Assembly (NCBI GenBank): GCA_044352225.1
Contig: JBILEG010000001.1
Coordinates: 1 to 35,609 of the forward strand
DNA length: 35,609 bases
DNA from: Pseudomonadales bacterium
GTDB taxonomy: Bacteria > Pseudomonadota > Gammaproteobacteria > Pseudomonadales > UBA5518
Direction: 5' to 3'
Below are positions 1-7,225 of this stretch, piece by piece. The notes under the pieces were generated by a model. That model was given only the letters and a program-made list of their open reading frames with translations, made no database searches and was not told the origin of the DNA. Position numbers and translations under genes: made by a program. Numbering within the stretch: position 1 is the stretch's first letter; the number at the start of each line of letters is the position of its first letter.

Positions 1-2
1 GG

Positions 3-158
3 TGGGTGCCTGCCACCGCGATGATGGCCGGCGCGATCATCGGCGGCTACGGCATGGCACAGGTGGCCCGGCGCGTGCCACAGGACCTGGTGCGCAACGC
101 GATCCTCTGCTGGTCGGTGGTGCTCACGGGATATTCATTCTGGCGTTACGGCGGATGA
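3..158 (+). CDS. TauE/SafE (TSUP) family membrane transporter, C-terminal fragment; gene begins upstream of the window
   Basis: Frame 3 is open from the window edge: WVPATAMMAGAIIGGYGMAQVARRVPQDLVRNAILCWSVVLTGYSFWRYGG*. This is a hydrophobic last helix plus the GxxxG..A/L-RR-hP pattern typical of TSUP C-termini. The TGA at 156-158 overlaps the next gene's ATG (ATGA). It is absent from the ORF track because it has no start codon in the window. Confidence 0.5.
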   Translation, partial: WVPATAMMAGAIIGGYGMAQVARRVPQDLVRNAILCWSVVLTGYSFWRYGG

Positions 159-1534
159 CGGCGATGCGAAAGGGCGAGGTCTCGTTCTGGTACGCGGATA
201 TCGGGATGCCGGCGCGGCGCGCGCCGCTCGCGGGCGACACGCGCGCGGATGTCTGCATCGTGGGCGCGGGTTACACGGGGCTGTGGACGGCGTACTACCT
301 GAAGAAAGCCGACCCCTCACTGGACGTGCTGGTGGTCGAGAAAGACTTCGCGGGCTTCGGTGCCTCGGGCCGCAACGGCGGCTGGCTCACCGGCGGCTTC
401 GCGTGGAGTCACGCGCGCTACGGCGAGCGCAGTTCCGAGGCCTCGGTGCGCGCCATGGTTCACGCGATGAACGGCACCGTGGACGAGGTGATCCGCGTGG
501 CCGAGGCCGAGGGCATCGAGGCCGACATCCTGCGCACCGACGAACTCATGGTCGCCACCAACCCTGCGCAGTTCGCGCGCATGCAGGCCGAGGTGGCGCA
601 CCGCCGGCACTGGGGCGAGGACGAGCGCGTGTGGGAGATCGGCGCAGAGGAGGCCCGCGCTCGCGTGGCCATCCCCGGTGTGCTGGGCGCGATGATCGTG
701 ACGCGAGTGGCGCGGGTGCAGCCCGCCAAACTGGTGCGCGGCCTCGCCGCGGTGGTGGAACGTATGGGCGTGCGACTGGTCGAGGGCACTACCGTCACCG
801 CGATCCGCCAAGGCGGTGTGAGCACCGATCACGGTAGCGTGACGGCCCCCGTGGTGCTGCGCTGCACCGAGGGCTTCACCGCGACATTGCCTGGCCAGAA
901 GCGCGAGTGGCTCCCGCTCAATTCCGCACAGATCGCCACGCCGCCGCTGCCGCCGGAGGCGTGGCGCGAGATCGGCTGGAACGGCCACGAGATCCTCGGT
1001 GATTTCGACAACGCCTACTGCTACTGCCAGCGCACCCGCGAGGGGAGAATCACGGTGGGCGCGCGGGGTGTGCCCTACCGCTTCGGTTCCGCCATCGACA
1101 GCAACGGCGAACCCGACGCCGAGACCATCCGCCGCCTCACGGCGATACTCCATCGCCATTTTCCGGCCGCGAAGTCTTTCGGCGTGGATCACGCCTGGTG
1201 CGGCGTGCTCGGCGTGCCGCGGGACTGGTGCGCCACGGTGGGGCTCGATCGCAACACCGGCATCGGCTGGGCCGGTGGCTACGTGGGCGTGGGCGTGTCC
1301 ACGTCCAATCTGGCCGGCCGCACGCTTGCGGATCTCTCGCTCGGTCGCAGCACGACACTCACCGAACTGCCTTGGGTGAACCGCCGCGTGCGCAAGTGGG
1401 AGCCCGAACCTCTGCGCTGGCTGGGCGTACACGGCATGTATGCGCTGCTGCGCGCGGCAGACCGCCGTGAGGCGGCGAGCGGCGGGCCGCCCTCCCGGCT
1501 CGCAGCGCTGGGTAACTGGCTGACGGGGAGGTGA
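155..1534 (+). CDS. FAD-dependent oxidoreductase, DAO family (PuuB/OrdL-like)
   Basis: Track ORF 2..1534. I chose the ATG at 155 because bases 3-158 encode another protein's C-terminus in a different frame. Dinucleotide-binding fold DVCIVGAGYTGLWTAYYL...VVEK...GASGRNGG. At about 460 aa the length fits the family. Confidence 0.8.
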   Translation: MTAMRKGEVSFWYADIGMPARRAPLAGDTRADVCIVGAGYTGLWTAYYLKKADPSLDVLVVEKDFAGFGASGRNGGWLTGGFAWSHARYGERSSEASVRAMVHAMNGTVDEVIRVAEAEGIEADILRTDELMVATNPAQFARMQAEVAHRRHWGEDERVWEIGAEEARARVAIPGVLGAMIVTRVARVQPAKLVRGLAAVVERMGVRLVEGTTVTAIRQGGVSTDHGSVTAPVVLRCTEGFTATLPGQKREWLPLNSAQIATPPLPPEAWREIGWNGHEILGDFDNAYCYCQRTREGRITVGARGVPYRFGSAIDSNGEPDAETIRRLTAILHRHFPAAKSFGVDHAWCGVLGVPRDWCATVGLDRNTGIGWAGGYVGVGVSTSNLAGRTLADLSLGRSTTLTELPWVNRRVRKWEPEPLRWLGVHGMYALLRAADRREAASGGPPSRLAALGNWLTGR

Positions 1535-1558
1535 GGCTGCAGCGCGGCTGATCGCCGA

Positions 1559-2041
1559 TCAGGCGCCCGCGCCCACTATGCGTACCGGTTCCGCAGCCAT
1601 GGTTTGCGGCACCCGGACCGCGACATAACTCGGACAGGCATAACGCTCGATGTCTCGAGCGTCCACGGGAAACGCACCGCAGTTCGAGAAGCGCCGCAGC
1701 GGCGAGGTGTAGATGCCGCACTGGAAAATCCCCTCGCCGCGGGGCTCCAGAAACATGCAGCGGTGGTTCAGGCAGCAATTTCCGCATTGCACGCAATGTC
1801 CGCTGATCTGCAGGTCCGGATCGGGCTGGCGAGTGCCGAGTGTGGTGCCGAAAAACCGTTCCGCGGGGCCTTCTCCCACCGCCTGCAAATGCACCCGCAG
1901 CTTGCGCAGGGTGAGGCGGTACTCGCGGATGTATTTACCATTCAGGAAGGCAAGCGCGGCAAGGGCTGGCAGCACGGGGAGCAAGAGGCGAAAGCATCCC
2001 AGAACCACGAAAGCAACCGAGCGGGCAAGGTGTTCTCTCAA
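1559..2041 (-). CDS. YkgJ/UPF0153-type cysteine-cluster protein with an N-terminal TM helix
   Basis: CVQCGNCC...C...C...C cysteine pattern characteristic of the YkgJ zinc/iron-chelating family. Hydrophobic N-terminus SVAFVVLGCFRLLLPVLPALAALAFL. The start is a TTG at 2041 with no clear SD, so the 5' end is uncertain. Confidence 0.5.
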   Translation of the reverse strand: MREHLARSVAFVVLGCFRLLLPVLPALAALAFLNGKYIREYRLTLRKLRVHLQAVGEGPAERFFGTTLGTRQPDPDLQISGHCVQCGNCCLNHRCMFLEPRGEGIFQCGIYTSPLRRFSNCGAFPVDARDIERYACPSYVAVRVPQTMAAEPVRIVGAGA

Positions 2042-2176
2042 GGGTTGTTCATCCGGGGGAGACAGGTGCTGGAGAACCGCACTCCGAGGTGTGATGGGCC
2101 CGCGATCAACCCTCGCGCCCGTCTTCGGCCACTTCGGTGCGTTGCCGCACTCTCGCCGCTGCAGATGACCGCTGCG

Positions 2177-3367
2177 TTACAGTGAGGCTTTCGCCTCTAC
2201 CTGCTCCATCACGCGCAGTACGTTGCCGCCCATGATCTTCGCGATATCTGCCTCGCGCATGCCGCGGCGAAGCAGCTCCGCGATCAGTACCGGGTAGGTC
2301 GAGACGTCTTTCATCCCTTCCGGGAGCGAATCCCCCACGCCGTCGTAATCCGAGCCGAGGCCCACATGGTCGATGCCGCCGATCTTCACGGCGCGCTCGA
2401 TGTGGTTCGCCACGTCCTGCACGGTGGCGTAGGGATAGGGGAAGCGTTCGCGGTAACGCGCTTCGAAGTCCTTGCCTTTCTCTTTGGTGAAGTTCGGGCC
2501 TTGCAGTGCGGTGAAGGCAGTGAGTGCCGCTCTCTGTTTCTTGCTCCACTCGCCGGCAGCTTCGGTGAGGAAGAAGCTCCCGAAGTTGATCATCAGCACG
2601 CCGCCGTTCTTCGCCAGCGCCCGCATCATGTCGTCGTCGACGTTGCGTTCCAGTCCGGGCGTGAAATGGCGCATCGAGGAATGCGTGGCTACCACGGGTG
2701 CGCTCGAGATCTGCAGCACCCGGTAGAAGGCGGTGTCAGATACGTGCGAGATGTCGACCATGATCCCGAGGCGGTTCATCTCCTGCACCACTTTCTCGCC
2801 GAAGGGGCTCAAGCCATCCCAGGTCTTCACCTCGTCGTAGGAGGAGTCGGCGATGTGATTCGATTTGGCGTGGGTGAGCGTGATGTAGCGGATGCCGCGA
2901 TCCCGGAAGTGCCGGAGGTTGTCGAGGCTTCCTTCGATGGGCGCGCCGTTTTCCATGCCGAGCGGCAGCGAGATCAGGCCCGCGGCGTGGTTGGCGCGGA
3001 TCTCGGCTGCGGTGCGTGCCAGCGCGAATTTCTCCGGTGCCCGCTGCACCATTGCTTCTACCTGGTCGATCAGGATATCGGCCCTGGCGCGGGCGCCTGC
3101 ACCTTCCAGATCCGAGGGCACGTAGATCGACATGAACGGCGCCGATAGCCCGCCTGCCACCGCACGTGGGTAGTCGAATTCTCCGCCCGGTGCCGGGCCG
3201 GCGACGTTCTCCCACGTCTCGAAGAGCCGCATGGGCAGGTCGACGTGGCCATCGACCAGCGGGTAGCGTTTGGCGATGACGGTGGCCTGTTCCAGGGAGG
3301 TTGCCCAGACCGGCGCGGACAGCAGCACCGCGCTCATCAGTGCCGCGGCGGCGATCAGGTGTCTCAT
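2177..3367 (-). CDS. exported membrane dipeptidase, peptidase family M19
   Basis: The ATG at 3367 is preceded by GGAGAG. Signal peptide MRHLIAAAALMSAVLLSAPVWA. Family motifs DGHVDLP, YITLTH, DISHVSD, ATHSS and GSDYDG are present. The track ORF 2177..3529 is over-extended at its 5' end. Confidence 0.85.
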   Translation of the reverse strand: MRHLIAAAALMSAVLLSAPVWATSLEQATVIAKRYPLVDGHVDLPMRLFETWENVAGPAPGGEFDYPRAVAGGLSAPFMSIYVPSDLEGAGARARADILIDQVEAMVQRAPEKFALARTAAEIRANHAAGLISLPLGMENGAPIEGSLDNLRHFRDRGIRYITLTHAKSNHIADSSYDEVKTWDGLSPFGEKVVQEMNRLGIMVDISHVSDTAFYRVLQISSAPVVATHSSMRHFTPGLERNVDDDMMRALAKNGGVLMINFGSFFLTEAAGEWSKKQRAALTAFTALQGPNFTKEKGKDFEARYRERFPYPYATVQDVANHIERAVKIGGIDHVGLGSDYDGVGDSLPEGMKDVSTYPVLIAELLRRGMREADIAKIMGGNVLRVMEQVEAKASL

Positions 3368-3383
3368 CGGGTTCTCTCCGTTC

Positions 3384-4073
3384 TCAGGTGTGGTGTGCGG
3401 CGGCGCCGTGTTCCGTGTGTGGCAGGGCCCTGTGTTCGCGTGCCTGTCTGCGCATCCATGCCGCAATCCGCAGCAGGCAGGCGAGCAAGCCAAGCCAGTA
3501 ATACAGCGTGTCCGTCCACTGCACATCATGCAGGTCGTAGATCTCGAACCAGTACGTGCTCCAGGTCTCGCCCCAGAGAAACCAGATGCCGACGCCGTGC
3601 AGCAGTCGCCATCGGGCCGGGCGCAGCCAGCGCCGTGGGCCGTCGAAAGACGTGAGCGTCATGGCGCCGAGCAGCAGGTAGCCCGGTATCTCCTCGACGA
3701 GGGCGTAGGGGCTGTACTGGTGCTCGACGTACCACTCGCGGTGCAGCATCACCAGCCAGAGGATGAACAGCAGTTGCCAGGCCATCCCCGCCGCGTAGCA
3801 GAGCCCGAGCAGCCGTCGGTGCCGCAGCAGCCATCGGCTCGCGCGCCCTGGCCACAGCACGGCGATGGCGGAGGCAGCAAACGCGAGATAGAGCCAAGGC
3901 ACGGAGAAGCGAACCGACACGGCAATGAGGTGGGAAATGTCGGGTGCCGAGGACAGGTCGGAAGCCGCCATGGACCCGCCCATGGCCACAGCGGTGAGAG
4001 CCATCACGCAGGCAAGGATACGGTACTCGCCCCAGGTATCGCGACCGGGGGATGACGGGGCCTCGGGTTTCAT
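3384..4073 (-). CDS. ferric-reductase-like (YedZ/MsrQ-type) transmembrane domain protein
   Basis: About 6 TM segments. RRLLGLCYAAGMAWQLLF...H and LLLGAMTLTSFDGPRRWLRPARWRLLHGVGIWF resemble the PF01794 pattern (TS...R.lg.r.W..lH). ATG at 4073 (MKPEAP...). It ends 17 bp before the dipeptidase start, so the two are likely co-transcribed. Confidence 0.5.
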   Translation of the reverse strand: MKPEAPSSPGRDTWGEYRILACVMALTAVAMGGSMAASDLSSAPDISHLIAVSVRFSVPWLYLAFAASAIAVLWPGRASRWLLRHRRLLGLCYAAGMAWQLLFILWLVMLHREWYVEHQYSPYALVEEIPGYLLLGAMTLTSFDGPRRWLRPARWRLLHGVGIWFLWGETWSTYWFEIYDLHDVQWTDTLYYWLGLLACLLRIAAWMRRQAREHRALPHTEHGAAAHHT

Positions 4074-4079
4074 TGCAAC

Positions 4080-4373
4080 ATGCCCCCCTCGGCAGCGGGC
4101 GCTGCCGCCACGCACTTCATCCGGGGGGAATGCATGGACGTCGGGGGCAGAGATCCCGGACCGCCGCTGTCGCGTGTGCTGCGTCGCCTGCTTGCCGGAT
4201 CCCTCGCCGCTGCGGGCGTGTGGATGATCGCCACCGCCTCGCACTGGGGGCCTTCCGCCGTCGCCCTTTTCGGGGACGAGGGCATCCTGCCCCAGTTCTC
4301 CACCAGCGTGCCCTTCTGGCCCCTCATACCGATTGCGCTGGCTGCGTGGCTATGGACGAAGGGCGGCGGCTGA
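4080..4373 (+). CDS. small hypothetical membrane protein (about 80-97 aa)
   Basis: Third codon positions are strongly G/C-biased along the whole ORF. Two hydrophobic segments are present (LLAGSLAAAGVWMIATA and VPFWPLIPIALAAWLW). An alternative start is the ATG at 4134. I recognise no family. Confidence 0.35.
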   Translation: MPPSAAGAAATHFIRGECMDVGGRDPGPPLSRVLRRLLAGSLAAAGVWMIATASHWGPSAVALFGDEGILPQFSTSVPFWPLIPIALAAWLWTKGGG

Positions 4374-5399
4374 TCACCACTCGTAACCCACGCTCATGAT
4401 GTAGGCGCTGTCGGTCTTCTTGGCATCGCCCGTAGGCTGGTTGTCGTAGTCGATGTTGTACTGGACGGTGGCGTTCAGGTCCTTGATCAGCGGGAAGCGA
4501 AGCCCCGTCTGCGACTGCCAGAGGAAGTCCTTGGCGTCCTCCACGCTCAGCAGCCCCTCGTGCGTGTGGAAGAACTGCGTGGTGGTGCCGAACAGGAAGC
4601 GGTCGTAGCGCAGCGCCCAGCGGCCGGCGGCGAAGCTCTCGTCCTCGCCGGTATCGAAGTCCTCGTTCACATAGGTGAGACCGCCTTCGAGCGAGAGGTT
4701 CTGCAGTTCCGATTCGAAGAACTGGTAACCCGTCCCCACGCCGATCGTGGCGCGCAGGTTGAGATCCTTGAAACGGTCTTCCTCGAAGCCGGTGTTGGCG
4801 TAGCCGTACCAGCGCTTGGCGTAGAAGTGGTCGTACTTCAGGTAGGCGTGGTTGTTGCGCGCGGTTTCCTCGCCGTCCTCGTTCTTCTGCACGCCCATGG
4901 CGCCGATCGTGACCCGGTTGTCGACGCCGCGCGCCACGGCTTCCACGTCGTACATCAGCTGGCTGTTGTCGGTGTTGCCCCGGCTGGCCGAGAAACCCAG
5001 GTTCGCGCGGCCGCTCATGCTGAGCCCCTCGCCCGTTACCTCGGGTGGCGGGTTGATATAGGCGACATCGGTGAGTGCGATGGGCGCGGTGGTGATGATC
5101 TCGCCCGAGCTCAGGACCACGGTGGAGTCGGCAGCCGCCTTGGCCTGTGCCTGCATGACGGTGCCGTCACGCAGCTTGAATCTGGCCGTGCCCGTGGTTT
5201 CGAGCGAGGCGACCTCGGACCATTTGACCGGGATCTTGCCCGAGTAACTGGTCTTGAAGGTGAGCACATCTCCTTGCAGATCGACCACGGAGCCGCTCAG
5301 CCGGTCGCCGCCTTTCATGATGAGCGTGTCGGCATGGCTTGCAGTGGCGAGAGCAAACGGCAGGGTGACTGAGGCGATGAGAGCGTGTAGCGCGCGCAT
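4374..5399 (-). CDS. DUF481 (YdiY-like) outer-membrane beta-barrel protein
   Basis: ATG at 5399. Signal peptide MRALHALIASVTLPFALATASHA. Alternating beta-strand pattern with NTD..Q, YDHFY.KRWYGYANTGFEEDRFKDL and a C-terminal aromatic residue (...SVGYEW). The remainder of track ORF 4374..6623 is antisense to the OpgC-like gene. Confidence 0.8.
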   Translation of the reverse strand: MRALHALIASVTLPFALATASHADTLIMKGGDRLSGSVVDLQGDVLTFKTSYSGKIPVKWSEVASLETTGTARFKLRDGTVMQAQAKAAADSTVVLSSGEIITTAPIALTDVAYINPPPEVTGEGLSMSGRANLGFSASRGNTDNSQLMYDVEAVARGVDNRVTIGAMGVQKNEDGEETARNNHAYLKYDHFYAKRWYGYANTGFEEDRFKDLNLRATIGVGTGYQFFESELQNLSLEGGLTYVNEDFDTGEDESFAAGRWALRYDRFLFGTTTQFFHTHEGLLSVEDAKDFLWQSQTGLRFPLIKDLNATVQYNIDYDNQPTGDAKKTDSAYIMSVGYEW

Positions 5400-5564
5400 G
5401 TCGAGTTCCCGGGTGTGGATGGCCGACAGTGTAAACAGCGCCTGCAGACGGTTTCCACCCCGGATCGGCGCTATGCCTCCCCCCACGTTGCATCCCCTCG
5501 TTGCCCGCGGGTATCGTCGGCGCACCAGAACGTCCCGGGGCGCCGGGGGTCGAGGCACCGCACC

Positions 5565-6614
5565 ATGCAGCGCATCACCGCACTCGACTCCATCCGGGGG
5601 CTGCTCCTTGCGTGGATGGCGATCGACCACTGGGGCGGGCCGGTCTCCGCGCAGCTCTACCAGCGGCTCGGATTCTGGACGGCAGCCGAGGGGTTTTTCT
5701 TCATTTCCGGCTACGTCGCCACGCAGGTTGCGCTGGGCAAGCCGGACCCGCAGCGCTGGTTCCTGCAGCGCAGCCGCCTCGTCTGGAAGTGGCATCTGGT
5801 TGCCCTGTTGCTGATGGCCCTGCTCGCGCTCGCCTTGCCCGCGCTTGGCTGGCGACCCCTGCAGGGGCTGGACGGGGGCGGTGCTCTGCGTGATGTGCTG
5901 GGTGCTGCAGTCCTGCTGCACCAGCCCGATTACCTGGATGTTCTGCCGCTTTACGTGGTCTTGCTCCTTGCCGCCGGAGCAGCCGTTCCCGAACTCGCAC
6001 GGCGCTGGCCGGCACGCGCGGGTTACTGGGTGCTCTCGGCGTCCCTGCTGCTTTGGCTCGCGGCCCAATGCGGCGCGCTCGGTGTGGTGCGCGCGCCTTT
6101 GCCGGCGTGGATGCGCATGGGGCTCTTCGATCCGCTCGGCTGGCAATTGCTGTTCTTTGCAGGCGTGAGCCTTGCCCTGCTGCGGCGCGATGGCCGGGTG
6201 CTGCAGCCACTCCTGCGGCGCCGTCTGGTGGTGGGTGCAACCGCGCTGGCACTGCTGTTCTTCGGCTGGCGCAACGGTCTTGCCGGTATGCAGCCACTGC
6301 CCGATGAATCCGTCTGGACCTCCAGGGCGCATCTCGGGCCCTTGCGCGTGCTGTCGTTTCTGGCGGTCGCAGTGCTGGTGGCCGAGGTGTTGCGACGCTG
6401 GCCGCGCGCGCTCGACTGGTCGCCCACCCGATTCCTCGGGCAGCACTCGCTTGCCGTGTTCAGCCTGCATTTGCCCCTTGTATATCTCTGGCACTTCAGG
6501 CCGGCGCCGGGCCCGTGGATCGCACAGGTCGTGGTGCCCTTGCTGATGCTCGGTGGCCTGTTCCTGATTGCCCGTGCCCATCAGCGCTGGACGCCCGTGT
6601 CCGCGAGCGCCTGA
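5565..6614 (+). CDS. OpgC-domain / acyltransferase-3-like integral membrane protein
   Basis: The start MQRITALDSIRGLLLAWMAIDHW matches the OpgC/acyltransferase-3 N-terminal signature (R...LD..RG......H). About 10 hydrophobic segments. Confidence 0.7.
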   Translation: MQRITALDSIRGLLLAWMAIDHWGGPVSAQLYQRLGFWTAAEGFFFISGYVATQVALGKPDPQRWFLQRSRLVWKWHLVALLLMALLALALPALGWRPLQGLDGGGALRDVLGAAVLLHQPDYLDVLPLYVVLLLAAGAAVPELARRWPARAGYWVLSASLLLWLAAQCGALGVVRAPLPAWMRMGLFDPLGWQLLFFAGVSLALLRRDGRVLQPLLRRRLVVGATALALLFFGWRNGLAGMQPLPDESVWTSRAHLGPLRVLSFLAVAVLVAEVLRRWPRALDWSPTRFLGQHSLAVFSLHLPLVYLWHFRPAPGPWIAQVVVPLLMLGGLFLIARAHQRWTPVSASA

Positions 6615-7225
6615 TGGATACACGCGGCTTCGTGCACAGGGGCAAGACCACCCGGTTCCGCGATCTGGGCGCGGTGGATGTCGGCGCCCTGGTGGCGAAG
6701 CTGCACACGCTGGCCGAGGACGACTGGCGCCGCCACGACGCCGCCAAACCCAACCGCTTCGATACCCTGGGCGGTACCCAGCATCTGGTGATGAAGTTCG
6801 TCCACCAGGTGGCCGTTCCCACCTCCTGGTACGCGCTGCCCGTTTGGGACGAGTGGGCGCCGCTGGTGCAGCCGCTGCTGGATGAGGCCGTGCGACGCCT
6901 GGGCTATGCGAGTGCGGAGTTTCCCCGCGTGATGCTTGCGCGCCTGCCTGCGGGCGCCGAGATCACGGCGCACCGTGATGGCGGCAAATTCCCCGCGTTT
7001 CCCCACAAGCTGCATATCGCGCTGGACACCAACCCCCACGTCGAGTTCTACGTCGATCCGGAGTGGCGCCACCTCGCCCGCGGCCAGTTGGTCGAGGTGA
7101 ACAACAACCTCACGCACGCGGTGCGTAACGATGGCGAGACCCCGAGGGTGCATCTGATCTTCGAGTGCATCGAGAGCCCGGTGGACCTGCAACGCCACGA
7201 CCGGGTGGGTGCGCGCTCGGCCTAG
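6614..7225 (+). CDS. aspartyl/asparaginyl beta-hydroxylase-family cupin protein (LpxO-like catalytic domain only)
   Basis: HRDGG...HKLHIALDTN...W..G...EVNN...HAVRN.G...RVHL fits the PF05118 2-His-1-carboxylate cupin pattern. The ATG at 6614 overlaps the upstream TGA (TGATG). Confidence 0.7.
   Translation: MDTRGFVHRGKTTRFRDLGAVDVGALVAKLHTLAEDDWRRHDAAKPNRFDTLGGTQHLVMKFVHQVAVPTSWYALPVWDEWAPLVQPLLDEAVRRLGYASAEFPRVMLARLPAGAEITAHRDGGKFPAFPHKLHIALDTNPHVEFYVDPEWRHLARGQLVEVNNNLTHAVRNDGETPRVHLIFECIESPVDLQRHDRVGARSA

Noticed and set aside
2-154. GTG-initiated N-terminal extension of ORF 2..1534
   Set aside because: The extension (MGACHRDDGRRDHRRLRH...) is Arg-rich nonsense. A different frame over the same bases encodes a plausible TauE/SafE C-terminus ending in an ATGA overlap with the ATG at 155.
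283-1470. Multiple overlapping 60-370 aa ORFs on both strands inside the FAD oxidoreductase gene; similar nests occur inside most genes
   Set aside because: They are Arg/Pro/Gly/Ala-rich translations typical of off-frame reading in high-GC coding DNA. None has a recognisable motif, and each is fully contained in a gene with strong family evidence.
5400-6623. N-terminal 400 aa of the 749-aa ORF 4374..6623 (-)
   Set aside because: It is Arg/Gln/His/Pro-rich with no recognisable domain, and it lies exactly antisense to the well-supported OpgC-like gene. The DUF481 protein has its own ATG and signal peptide at 5399. This is a high-GC shadow ORF.
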